From the human T2T-CHM13v2.0 reference genome, Homo sapiens, in the NCBI RefSeq assembly GCF_009914755.1, contig NC_060931.1: a stretch of 64,000 nt of DNA. One strand, written 5' to 3'. The notes below the pieces were generated by a model that searched no databases, was not told the DNA's origin, and worked only from the letters and a program-made list of their open reading frames with translations. A program made the position numbers and the translations under genes. This document shows positions 52,035-64,000 of this stretch, piece after piece; positions within the stretch are counted from its first letter, which is position 1; the number at the start of each line of letters is the position of its first letter.

Positions 52035-54315
52035 ACATTACTGAGGAAGTTTAGAAGTAAAAAGAACAAGAATAAAAATGGGACATTGTGAATGTGGAAG
52101 AACTGCATTCTCTGTGCTTGTTAATTTTGGGATGACTCATTGTATTTGGTTTGTAAGTGGATTTTGGAAATACAAGTGATTGTAATTAAGAGGAAAGAGG
52201 CTAATAAAGAAGAATAATGCTTTAGATCTTTTTGTTGACCTCACTTCTAAGGACATGTAAATGCCTTCAGAAAACTTCTCCCAGCTCCCCTCAACTTCTT
52301 TTTTAATCTTTTTTTTCCTTTTTCTTCTTTCATTTTTATTTTCTTTCATAATCTTTACGTGTCTTTCTTTTCCTTGGTGCCCTGTTTCTAGAGCTGGAAA
52401 TTTAGGCAGAGGAGGGGATGTTGTAAACACTAGAAAGATTTTAAAAAACAGGCAATTTTTTTAGCTTTAGTACTGTTAAAATAGGACTACCTTCACAGTT
52501 TTGTGTAATCAATTTTGGTTCTGTATTATTGATAGGAAAGTTCCTATAGATGGTACGTATATGTCAAGAAAAATGTGCATCAACTCCTCCTGTCTGAATT
52601 TTACTCAAATTAAGTAGAAAAGAGTAAATCATGTAAAAAAGAAGTTTGATCTGGGAAAATTTTCTGTGAGATGCTTTTGTAGAGAAAACATATTGTACAT
52701 TATAAAGACATAGAAATCTCAAACCATGTAGTAATAACTGCCTCTCATTTAGAAAGTAAATTTGGAAATCAAGTTTTTCCGGACTGCATTTATCAGAACT
52801 CTAGTGTCTTAAGACGAAATGAAATATTGGCTCTGTAATTGTAAGGGGGTTCTGTAATACAGTAAATCTGAAGAATGTCCTCTACCATACGCTGTCATGG
52901 AGCTTCAAGACACATATGAGCATCTAAAGGCTCTTAACTATCCCACAGCAAAGTGGCCTGTATAAAGCATCCCAGCATCTCCAAAGCTTACTTAAGCCTT
53001 GAACATTTTGTTCTTCTCAGTATAGCTTTTAAGGATCCTGCAAAAGACCAGTTTGGTTAAAGCTTATGAAAGTCATTAAAGAAATATTTCCTTCTTTAGA
53101 AAACGTTTGTAGTTAGAGATTCTATTCTTCTTGTTGATTCACATATTCTGCAACCTTCACTATTGGGAAGTACTGCCTGGTACCTAAACTATCTGATTGA
53201 AATGTCAATCTTATTTTTCACAAATTCTTACTTTTTTAACCAAAAGGACCTGAGCATTTCCTCTCAGAAAGACTTTTTGGACAACTGAAGAAACATATTT
53301 AATCATATTTGCACCTTCTCTTCTCTAATCTAGATATCTTTAATCACTTATTTCATTAAGTCAATTTTCCACGTGTTACATTACTCATTATTTTTAATAG
53401 GATATAAATTCTTTGTTTTACGGCACAACAATATATTTTGAGCTATTACTACATTTAGGTTTTAATTCATCTAAAAAGTCAGAAACTTGAAAACCTCACA
53501 CTTTGTAAAGCTTTAAAACTACATGAAAAATAATTAATATGAAAATCCATCTGCCTTTGGTTCACCTCATTTCCTTGCAACATGCTACGCATATTCATTT
53601 CTCTCAGTTAAGAAAACTCATCAAATGAAAACCTCTTGTTCCTTAAGTAATGATACTGTGAAACTTCTCAATGCACAACAGATTGGATATTTGCACGTAT
53701 ATAATGAGTGGACTATTGTGGACTCAGGATATTTTTGCAATAATTTATCCTTTAACTTTATCCTCCAATGTTATGACATCAACCTTTCATGGAAGAATCT
53801 TTTTTCCAGATGGGAAAAAGTATTCACTAGCATAATCTAAACTCTATTAGTTTGATAAAACAATATATTTATCCATAAGCAAATTGAAATTTAATTTTTT
53901 ATTTCTATTTTTAATAACCGCATTGCAAATATAAATGTATAAACTCTCTAAAGTTAATAATTTCTCTTTTCCAGCTGCATTGTCTATTGTATAAATACAA
54001 TAAAATATTTTAAAATAGCCCCACTTACTAATTCAAATCTAAATAATGCAACTAAATATAAAATCTTAAAATTCTTAATCCTCATTGAGAGTTGCATAAT
54101 TTTTACAAAAATCCCAAATGTCTTGTTAACATTGATAAGGCTTCAAGAAGAGGGTGAATTATAGAATATTAATAATTACAAAATGTATATTGGATACCAT
54201 AATATGTGAAGCACTGTACAAAATAGTGTGCAAATATTACTAATATGACAATGCTAAATGTCTTCAAGGAGCTCAAACTCACTGGAGGTGATTGCACATT
54301 GAAACAAAGCAGAAT

Positions 54316-54612
54316 AGCTGGGCGTGGTGGCTCATGCCTGTAATCTCAGCACTTTGGGAGGACAAGGTGGGTAGATCATAAGGTCAGGAGTTCAAGACCA
54401 GCCTGGCCAAGATGGTGAAACACCGTCTCTACTAAAAATGCAAAAATTAGCCGGGCATGGCGGCATGCATCTGTAATCCCAGCTACTCAGGTAGTTGATG
54501 AAGGAATTGCCTAAACCCAGGAAGTGGAGGTTGTAGTGAGCCGAGATCATGCCACTGCACTCCAGCCTGGGCAACAGAGCGAGACTCCATCTCAAAAAAA
54601 AAAAAATTAGAA
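54316..54612 (+). mobile_element. Alu (AluSg-like)
   Basis: gatcataaggtcaggagttc...ggccaagatgg; 15-bp TSD aaacaaagcagaata (54302 / 54613). Confidence 0.94.
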
Positions 54613-54685
54613 AAACAAAGCAGAATAAATCGAAACTGATCTAATTCAGTCATACACACACTATTGTAACAAATGAAAAGAAAGC

Positions 54686-55279
54686 ATCAACAATTCACAA
54701 TTGTCAAATCTTGGAAACAACCCAAATGCCCATCAATGAGTAGATGAAGAAACTGTGATGTGTGTATGTATATAGATGGAATACTATATCTATACATATG
54801 GTATACATATATATGGTGAGAGAGATATATATGTGTGTATATGTATATATTTATATATACATATATAGATATGTATATATGAATGATGGAATACTACACA
54901 GCCATAAAAAGGAATGAATGAACAGCATTTGCAGTGACCTGGGTGAAATTGGAGACTATTATTCTAAGTGAAGTAGCTCAGGAATGGAAAATCAAACATC
55001 GTATGTTCTCACCAATATGTGGATGCTAAGCTATGAGGACGCAAAGGCATAAGAATGATGCAATGGACTTTGGGGGCTTGGGGGGAAGAGTGGGAGGGTG
55101 GTGAGGGATAAAAGACTATAAATATGGTGCAGTGTATACTGCTCAGGTGATGAGTGCACCAAAATTTTGCAAATCACCACTAAAGAACTTACTCATTTAA
55201 CCAAATACCACCTGTACCCCAATAACTTGTGGGAAAAAATAATAATAAAATAATAAAACATTTATATATATATATATAT
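54686..55279 (+). mobile_element. L1PB1-like 3' end with internal TA-rich expansion
   Basis: gctaagctatgaggacgcaaaggcataagaatgat...caccactaaagaacttactc; TSD aaaagaaagc (54676 / 55280). Confidence 0.9.
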
Positions 55280-56759
55280 AAAAGAAAGCGTAAGCAGCCA
55301 CTGCGGCAAGCTGAGGAAATGATGATTTTTTGGATAGGGATGTTGAGGATGGAATCACATAGGAAACCCAGTGACATATGAAGGTTTTTAAATGTTGAAG
55401 AAAAGCATGATGTTCATGGGGACTGTTTGAACACAGACATGAAGTTTAAATATGAAGACATGTTCAAAAATGATGAAAATAAAATAATGTTAAGTAGTAT
55501 TTGAGTGGGATGAGGGTCTGAAGTTGGCTTGGAGTTAGATTGTATGTCAGATTGATAAGTTTTTTGTTTTCATTGGTGCTTTTTTGATGTTATTATTTAC
55601 TTTTAAAATCCATAAATAAACATATAACCTATGATCCCATACTTCTTTTGAATTATATAAAATAAAATTAAGTTTCTTTCCTTTGCCAGGTATTTTCTGT
55701 CTTGCTTAGCTGTTCTTTAGGCAATAATATATTCTTCATAATACTGTAAACTCTTCGCCAATTACTAGAAGTATTCCTTTCATCGTACTTTTAATTCTTG
55801 GCTTTTAAAAATAACACGTGCAATCGAGATATTTGTAAATATAAGGGACAAAAGAAAACTATAGAGTGCCAAGAATAAACCTTTTAATGTGAATTATACA
55901 TGAGAGGCTTGTAATTTGGTGAAAGTGATGTAGAAAACTTTTTAAGGATTGTATAGGTTAAGGATGGCCCCTGTGTAGGAGAATAATAAAATAGAATGGC
56001 AATTGAACTCCGGGACTAAAACACAGAGGAAATGCAGACCAAGATGATTCTATTCAGGACACTGACAAATGGTAACTATTTAGAGCATCACAATTTATAA
56101 GAGTAAATAAATAAGAAACCAACAAAAATATTTTCTAAGTATTATTTATCAGACCCCAGGTATTTAAACAATTCACTCCCTAAATTTTACTGAGGACCCT
56201 GTTCAAATATCTCTTAAAGAAGATTTGCTGGACTATTCTATTTAAATAGCAGAATATAGGTTTAGAATGGAATGGGATTCTAGAAAAGAGAGAAAAAAAG
56301 GTCAAAATTTAGAGAAATCAAAAGTTAATATATTTGAAATATTCTTACTGCCACCATAAATGGATAAGTATATATTCTGCTTTAATCACAATCACTTAAA
56401 AGATTAGGTATTTTAATATGGGCTATAGAATTAGATACATTAGTCATCACTTGAGATCACTAGCTATGCCAGAATAAATTAGTACAGCAACCTTTTGGGG
56501 GAAAAAGGCAGTAAAATACAATTTGAAATAATCAGTGGTGTTATAGAGCTCTCTTTGCTTAGATCATTGAGGACTAGTTCTTCCAATTTGAATTAAATGA
56601 ATCCATTGGATTCTTATTTATTCTTAACTGAATGCACACTTTAAAGAGATACCCAAAGTGATTCATTAAATAATTTAAAATCACCTTTGTATTATATAGT
56701 GGCATGAGAAAGGAAATTAGGTGAAAATTCATGGGAATATTTTGTATATATTGGCAAAT

Positions 56760-56900
56760 AACAACATAGCACCATTCTAGCAAATATGAAGAATAAACAA
56801 ATAGTTACATTTTACGGTGGGAGAAACTAAAGTACATAGAGATTAATGGTTTACTGAAGACCAACTATATTGCTGTGGATATTAGTTGGAATAAAATAAT
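56760..56900 (-). mobile_element. MIR fragment
   Basis: cattttacggtgggagaaactaaagtacatagagattaa. Confidence 0.5.
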
Positions 56901-57073
56901 GATTTTTGTCTTAGTTCTATAAACAAGTTGTATTATAGTTTTTGCAAGAACGTGTATGTAATTTTTGTCAGTGAAGTCAACATTGCTATTTTCTGCATTT
57001 AGGCCCTAAGACAGATATAAATATGTACATGTAAATAATCATAACAGAGAAAATAAGCATTTTGATAAAATAT

Positions 57074-57123
57074 TTTATTAATAATAATAATATAATCATG
57101 GTTATAAAAATAACAACTTTATT
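57074..57123 (-). terminator. HGF: Distal poly(A) signals (AATAAA x2) of HGF
   Basis: tttatt at 57074-57079 and 57118-57123. The minus-strand sequence beyond ~57060 is U/GU-rich (ttattttctctgttatgattattt). Confidence 0.75.
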
Positions 57124-60100
57124 AACTACAGAAAGTTTATAATACAAGTCATAACCACAGTGTTCCCTTTTTTGGGTAAGCATACAGCTATACCACTCAA
57201 TAGGCAGCTTATTAATTTCCTATTTACATACAAGACAAACAGTCATAGCATCCACAGTATTTCATTTTCAGTTTCCTAAAGACAGAAACTTTCTGTGCAA
57301 ATGGAAATGAACCTACTTAAAAGTTACACTGTCAAGATATATATGGTCCAAAAAATTTTAACTTTTTTTGTATTAGTAAATTCTTAGCTCCAACCTTAGT
57401 TGAATGTTGAATGATAACTTCTTTTTGGACTTTATCATGACAAGTGATTTATTTTAAAATTATGTATTTTAAAAACAAAGGCCATGTACTTTTACCAAAA
57501 TTAGTTTTATTTTTTAAATGAGTTTGCCTATATGTATGGGATGTAATTAATTATAATAGTATTTTTTGAATCTCAATAAATTGATTTAAGGCTTTTTAGT
57601 ATAAGATCTTATTAAAATTCTTTACCACATGATCTCTATATTGCAAAACCAGTATTTCTTTTAAAAAAGTTTAAAAACAACAATGAAATGCCTGACAGCA
57701 ATTTCCCACTTCTTGACAGTGTTCTTTTCAAGAGAATGTTGTGGCTATAACATTCACTTTGTACAGTACCATTGGTACCAACAAGAAATATTCACAGGAA
57801 TAAGTGAAATACAATTTTGCTATCACATGCCATTATTGTTAATTTTCTTGCCTTCCAGTGTCTCACACTTCCCATAATTTGAAACACTTAGATAGCAAGC
57901 AAAAGCCTGTTAATACTAGAAATTGACTCAATAGATTTTACTGAGGACCTGCCCACAGCATATAGGTAAAAGTCATTACACATTTTACAATAAAATTAAA
58001 GAAGTATACAAAAGGATTATCATTCCTTCTGCACGGCAGAGGCATTATGAAAAATATTTTAGTTTTACACTTCAATTCCTGGTAGACGTGAGAAAATGTC
58101 TACAATTATAACAGTACATAACCATTATTCAAACAGCCAAACCAAAAATTGCATTGAAACCTTCTGATTTAAAAGATCCTTTTGTCAATGACACAAAATA
58201 AAGTGGATTGTTGGATTTTTAAAAATGTTTAATGATTTATTCAGCAAAGAACACCTGGTAAATAGTGTCTTCCACCAGCAAATAATGACATGACTCTACC
58301 CTGTTCTACCACCTAAAATAACATGGACCTTGTTCATCTAAGTTTCATTGTCAATTCCACCCATGTCCCTCTATCACGAAAGGAGCCTCCCAAAGAGAGA
58401 ATTACTTTGTACGGTTTGTTTGATGATTTATTGGTGGTATTGTTTTTAGCCTTTAATAAAATGAAAAATACTAGCCTCAAAATGTCTAAATACTTAGCTG
58501 TATCTTGTATCTAGCTAATCTTTATCTGTATTTCCAGGAAATTTAGAGGAAGAGTCATTAAAGAAGTATTTTTAAAATGTGAGTATTTAAAATTATGACA
58601 ATTTTTATAAAAGTTTTACAAATATCATTAATATGCAATAATAAAATTTCACTGGTTCAGCCAGAAGAAACTATGAAATATACTTTATATTTTGGCAATA
58701 TGCTCTTGAAATTTCTAGGAGTTCTTACTAAAATGGTGTATTATATAAGGAAAATAGAAATACCATCAGATAAGATGATAGAGACCAGCAACTAGTTGGA
58801 TGTCTTTTTGCTTCCACTTTAAGTTTCTTGATGCCAGCACATATCTTATTATGAAAAAAAAATTGTATAAGCATTTCTGGACTCGCCGCCCTATATTCTG
58901 TGGACTAAGCTCTCCATAAACTTAAAACCATTTTAGTCCAGATTGAACAGTACTCTAAAGAGCTGGTAGGGAATTGTTTGGGGACTTGGCCTTGATAAAA
59001 ATCACTCAAGAAAACTAAGTCAGAGAAATGGGACTACTGGATTCACACCATTCAAAAAATTATTTTTAAAGGTGTTTTGTACAGGAAGATTTCTGCAAAA
59101 ATTCAAAGCCTATCCTATTACTTTTTGTTATTCTATTTCTCAACAAATACATGATCTTTAGCTAAGCATGACAAATACAATGATAAATATGATAATTTGG
59201 CTGTTATACAGAACACAAAATTTAAATGTCTGTTACATATGGCATTAGGAGTGAACTTTGTAAAATGAAATAAGAAAAAATAAACATATCTTGATAAAAT
59301 ATCTGATTCAACAGATTCCACTCTACTTCAAAAAAAAAATAAATGAATACAGAGTTGAGACAAACTAGTTTCTTTCCTTTTACAAGTTGTCTTTTACTTC
59401 AAAAAAGCTTTATTAGGCTAAAATCTTCCAGGTTGAGAAAAGTATTTTTATTTTTTTCTCCAATATATACTTTAATGCATGACTTGATGAAGGGTATTTA
59501 TAAAACTTTGGAGACTTGGAAATTTTCCTCTTAAATTTTTTAAAATTTAAAGGCAGTGAGCTAGAAGCCAATCACAGCAGCAAGGCTTAGATTTAACCTA
59601 TTTAAGTACATTTTTAATGACCAAAACACTTTTAAACTTCTTCAATTAGATACTGATCTGAGCACTTAAGAAATGCTTTAGGAAAATAGATCTACAAATA
59701 TCTTGTGTAAATAAGTGGCCTTAAGTTTGGAGGAAACAAATTACACAAATAGAACTATTACCCTCTTTCCTTTAAGAATTAGAAACTACATGAAATAACT
59801 AGGATAATGAATACATGTAAACACCTAGATTAGGTGTTATTTAACTCTGGGTGATGGCCACACCTGAAATGCCAACCAAAGAAGATCATCTGCAGATTAT
59901 GTATGGAGAATTAGCTAATCATTTTGATCTTGCATCATTTTTTAATATTTCTACTGGTCTTTAGAGATTTCTGGTTTTTTTGAGGTAAAACTATAGGTAC
60001 ATACTTCTAAAATATTTAGGGGTTACATTAGGTACACCATAATTTAAACTGTAGTGCATGCACATGTGTACCTAGGCATGTGTACATGGGTATGTGGTTT

Positions 60101-60192
60101 TGTAAAAAGTGTGTTCGTGTACCAGTATTGCAGGATACATGGTGAAGAGAAATGAATGAACTATAACATATAGCATATGAAATGTAATATAA

Positions 60193-60198
60193 TTTAAT
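60193..60198 (-). terminator. HGF: Proximal poly(A) signal ATTAAA of HGF
   Basis: tttaat on + is ATTAAA on -, ~430 nt after the stop. Other ATTAAA copies lie near 60257 and 60374. Confidence 0.6.
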
Positions 60199-60630
60199 AT
60201 AGGGCTACAATTTAGGGACACAAGGTATAAATTGTTTTGGTGAGGTTAAAATAACATTTAATTTGTGGTTTACTCATTATTAAGAAACCAACATCAGAAA
60301 GCAGCTTAGACAGATTAATTGATTTTTTTTCCCATGAAATCTTTATCATCCAGCAAATATACCTGTGTGTTTTTTTAATCCATTCAAGTATCTTCAGGAG
60401 ATATGTTATTACACTTGCATGTACCTTAATTCACTTCAACATTGACAAAATAACACTGACAAACAAAACAACAGAAAACACCCATAAACATTAATGAGAA
60501 TTTCAACAAACATGACTCTCCAGTAGTTGTCTTAGGATTGTTGTAAGTGACATTTTAAATTCCACATTCTCTGAAATCTTCATGTAAAAGACAGTTGTAT
60601 TGGTGGGTGCTTCAGACACACTTACTTCAG

Positions 60631-60807
60631 CTATGACTGTGGTACCTTATATGTTAAAATAATTTTGTGTATCCATTTTGCATAATATGCTACTCGGACA
60701 AAAATACCAGGACGATTTGGAATGGCACATCCACGACCAGGAACAATGACACCAAGAACCATTCTCATTTTATGTTGCTCACAAACAAGTGGGCCACCAT
60801 AATCCCC
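60631..60807 (-). CDS. HGF: HGF exon 18 coding part (58 aa + TAG): [58 protein letters not shown]
   Basis: Acceptor ctag|GGG at 60809-60808 and stop TAG at 60633-60631. This is the HGF C-terminus (residues 671-728) with GDYGGP in place of the protease GDSGGP motif. It is absent from the supplied ORF track. Confidence 0.98.
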   Translation of the reverse strand, partial: GDYGGPLVCEQHKMRMVLGVIVPGRGCAIPNRPGIFVRVAYYAKWIHKIILTYKVPQS

Positions 60808-63439
60808 CTAGGAGTAAGACATACAAAAACAAAGTATTATTAGGAATTAAAAAAAAGCTCATTAACATAATCATATATAGATTTGCATCTCAGAGATATA
60901 TACAGAAAAAGAGAATAACTGCAACTGAAATATGAAGATATAAAAATTAGTGTACTAGACATTTGTTGACTTTCTACTGAATTAGCCAAGACTGAGATAA
61001 GTACAAAGTTTAAAGTGTTCTATTATGTGTGGTATTCTCCTAAAAATGACTTGCCTTTTCCAAAAGAGTCAACCATCCTTTTAAGTGTGCTTTGCCTTTG
61101 TTGGATGCAGACTAACATATAACCATCGGTGCCTATTTAATAAGGTAGATTTGATATTTATTTTGATCTTCTTATGTTCAATATAGGAAATTTGGAACAT
61201 GTAGAAAAATACAAGTATAAAAGAAAATAACTTGTAATCATATAGTTTTAACAATTAAACTGCATTATATTTTTTCTTATTTCTAAAGCTTTTTTTTTTT
61301 GCCTCTCCCAATCCTGCCCTACATGATCTTAACAAGTTAAATAAAAAACTTGTTGTCAACAAAATAATTCTGTTAATTGAAATTGCTTTTCCAGGCAAGG
61401 AATATTCCTCCAGTTACTGCTGGTATTAGTAGTTAATATAGTTATAGTTATATTTTATACCCTCCTTTCTGTAGCGTATCCTGTGATTTCATGGCATTTC
61501 TTATATGGTAAGCCTGTTGCATCATCAGATAGAGGAAAGATGAACAGATAGCTTTATTTGTGTTGTGTATATATACATGCATATATTCATTTATGGTTTT
61601 ATTTATTCATATAAATATAATTATATAAAAATATATAATAAGTAAATATAAATAAACAATGCACATAGTGTTATATGTAACAACTACAACTGTGCTGCAC
61701 CACTTTCATGAACCATGTAGCCTCCTTAGAATGCAGTGGCTGGCTTTTGGTATCTTTATATGCAGAAGAGTGTTTGGAACTACCTTAATTTTCCCTAAAC
61801 AGCGATGGGGGAAACCACTGCAAAATTAACTTATGTGATTCAAATGGAAAGAAGAGAGCCATTGGCATTCTGTGATGGGGAAAACCAAGTTAGGGGTAAA
61901 GTAGAATTTCACACAGTAAAGAAAAATAGTTTATTCCAAGAGACTATATAAACTATGCCAGTTGAGGAAAGAAAACTGATTTTTAAACAAATGTACTAGT
62001 GATTACTGAGACAAACTCCTCAAAGTAATTCACTCTGGAGACTTTCACTAAATATGATGTTACTGCTATTATACAAACATTTGGGAGATATCTCCTTCAA
62101 ATTTATTTCAGTGGCTAAATTACCTTGATTTAAATGTCAGTGACATATATATTTTTAAAAACATTCTGGAGGATAAATACATTTTTGAGAAGTGGCGGAA
62201 TCTACTTGAGGTCAAGTCTTATCAATAAAGTTAAAAACAACATATATAGTATACAGATATGAATAATTCAAACTGAAGAGGGAAGTGAAAAATATATAGG
62301 TGATAATCCAAATTAAAGGCTATTCTTCAAAAGCAGTTGTCAAATTGGTTTTGGTAATGACAATAATTAGATGATCTGTAAGGTTGGGTCTAGTTAGAAA
62401 CTTCTGTGTTTCCCGGATGCTTATTGCTTTTTCTTTTTAAAGTATAGTCATTTATTTCTCCTAGTAAATGTTCCCTTGTTATAATGAACAATGGTTTCAT
62501 TGTTCATGATTTACTAGAAAGGCAACAAATTTGAAACTGGTTATAAACATATAATCTGTTTCTAACCATATCATTTTTAAGCAGTTCTAAAAACTCAGTA
62601 AACAGTAAACATTTTCTCTTCTTTTCAGAAATAAAATCTCAGAGCAAGGTGTATAACACTTGCATTTCAATACATATTTATGTTCCATACTTACAGCATG
62701 CATTTTCCTACATATCAAAGGACATTTCACTATCATTGAACTCATTTCATCTTTTGCCACACACAGCATTCCACAATCCCACAGCCCTGAAGCTTGGAGA
62801 ACATGTCTCTCACATTCAAAATCTAACTAAACTAACAGTTTAACAGCTTGTCTATGTAAAATAGGGATAGGAACATTGCCAAGCCGAAATAACAGTTGCC
62901 TCACAAATGAAATGTCCAAGCTCGTAAAGTCACAAACTTTGACCTTTAGGCTTTTTAAAATAGAATCTGTTTAAACACATACACAGAGCGAGAGAGCAAA
63001 AGAGGGAACAGCTTACCCAAAAAGAGATTTAAAAGTTTAAAGCCAGGCATCTCTGAATGATATAATTAGTGGAGTTCACTTCGAGATAATTTGGGAAGAT
63101 AAAATAAATTTAGAAAAACATTAGAAAAATGCAAACCATTGATCTAACTGATTTGGATACTTCTCATTTGAATAGCTCTCCCTTGGAGTTCCGGCTCTAC
63201 ACACTTATTATTTTTTGAGTGACAAATGTCATCATAGTTTGCTGCTAATAAAACATTGATTATCTCACTGCTTAGTTGAAAGAAATGCAGAATATTACAG
63301 AGTTAATTTTCCCAATTCCTCTTTCCTAGAATAGGTTGGTATACAATATTTTTGATTTGAGAAAAATAAACAGAAAAAAATAAACATGAAACACTAAGCT
63401 ATGAATCACATACTCCTTATTAAAGAACTTCCTTTTTAC

Positions 63440-63585
63440 CTCACATGGTCCTGATCCAATCTTTTCAGCCCCAGCACATATTTCAGACTCATTCAGAGTC
63501 ACCTTCCCTCGATGATGCTGGCTGCATTTCTCATTTCCCATTATATAGAGATGTGCCACTCGTAATAGGCCATCATAGTTGATCA
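63440..63585 (-). CDS. HGF: HGF exon 17 (146 nt), (L)[48 protein letters not shown]
   Basis: Acceptor tctag|TG at 63587-63586 and donor GAG|gtaaaa at 63439. The peptide lies inside ORF 63326..63640 and carries the N653-E-S glycosylation sequon. Confidence 0.98.
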
Positions 63586-63696
63586 CTAGATTGATGCAAA
63601 AAACATACAATAAGGTGAGAAAAGTAAGAAACAAAGACAAATGTGTTCTTTTTAAAATAAAATAAATATGGCCTCATCTTTTGAAAACTAGCTTAC

Positions 63697-63803
63697 ATCC
63701 AGTGTAGCCCCAGCCATAAACACTGCAACTGGTCTTTTCAGGAATTGTGCATCCATAATTAGGTAAATCAATCGTACTAACAAAATCATCCAGGACAGCA
63801 GGC
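63697..63803 (-). CDS. HGF: HGF exon 16 (107 nt), beta chain (R)[35 protein letters not shown](L)
   Basis: Minus-strand acceptor ttttcag|G at 63805-63804 and donor T|gtaagc at 63696. The translation matches HGF residues 587-621, including Cys604 (interchain disulfide to the alpha chain). Phase joins exon 17 (T+TG=Leu). Confidence 0.98.
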
Positions 63804-64000
63804 CTGAAAACACAAAATACAATGGTAAGTACTCTCAACTGGATTCAACACAAAATTAACATATTAAATGTAGTGTTCATGTTTAATATGGCATTTACAG
63901 AGAATGAAGTCCTGTTTCTTAAAAAAAAAAAAAAAAAGGTGGGAATGTCCAAATGTAATGATGACATTTGGAATAGGTAGTAAAGAAATGAGTCATGTAT

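Larger units (their letters stand above)
57060..60630 (-). other. HGF: HGF long 3'UTR (~3.6 kb)
   Basis: AT-rich stretch with no recognisable interspersed repeats after the stop codon, ending at an AATAAA pair followed by U/GU-rich downstream sequence. Consistent with the known ~6-kb HGF mRNA. The 3' end is approximate. Confidence 0.8.

Noticed and set aside
54775-54896. Duplicated gatggaatacta flanking TA-rich DNA as a new insertion with TSD
   Set aside because: It sits at the TA-rich position of L1PB elements that commonly expands; a microsatellite-associated duplication explains it.
61331-61354. Inverted repeat aacaagtt...aacttgtt in HGF intron 17
   Set aside because: An 8-bp AT-rich stem is expected by chance in 64 kb.
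63326-63640. 104-aa ORF as a stand-alone gene
   Set aside because: It is HGF exon 17 plus flanking intron that happens to be open in frame.
63586-63696. 111-nt HGF intron 16 (multiple of 3) as an in-frame retained intron
   Set aside because: Reading on from exon 16 gives TGT AAG CTA GTT TTC AAA AGA TGA, a stop at the 8th codon.

Overview
This is AT-rich, repeat-dense primate genomic DNA, almost certainly human chr7q21.11. The right end holds the 3' part of HGF (hepatocyte growth factor) on the minus strand: exons 16, 17 and 18, encoding residues ~587-728 of the inactive serine-protease-like beta chain, plus a ~3.6-kb 3'UTR with proximal (ATTAAA) and distal (AATAAA) poly(A) signals. The ~57 kb to the left is intergenic DNA downstream of HGF, filled with Alu, L1, L2, MIR, LTR (MER39, LTR47A, LTR33, MST, THE1, MLT1, LTR16) and DNA-transposon fossils. 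The most unexpected object is a ~3.1-kb intronless insertion (~10970-14096) that splits an ancient L1M ORF1. Its translated fragments match the PRRC1 family (Pro-rich N-terminus plus YjjX/NTPase_I-T-like domain) colinearly but very divergently, suggesting a processed pseudogene, possibly of a PRRC1 paralogue. Other observations are a 77-nt near-perfect hairpin, an internally deleted or chimeric L1, a twin-primed mini-L1, orphan exon candidates on both strands, an AP-1 doublet in an LTR, and isoform-dependent miRNA sites in the HGF UTR. Repeat subfamily names and the PRRC1 match come from by-eye comparison with remembered sequences and need computational confirmation. I found no prokaryotic-type systems (CRISPR, operons), tRNAs or rRNAs.
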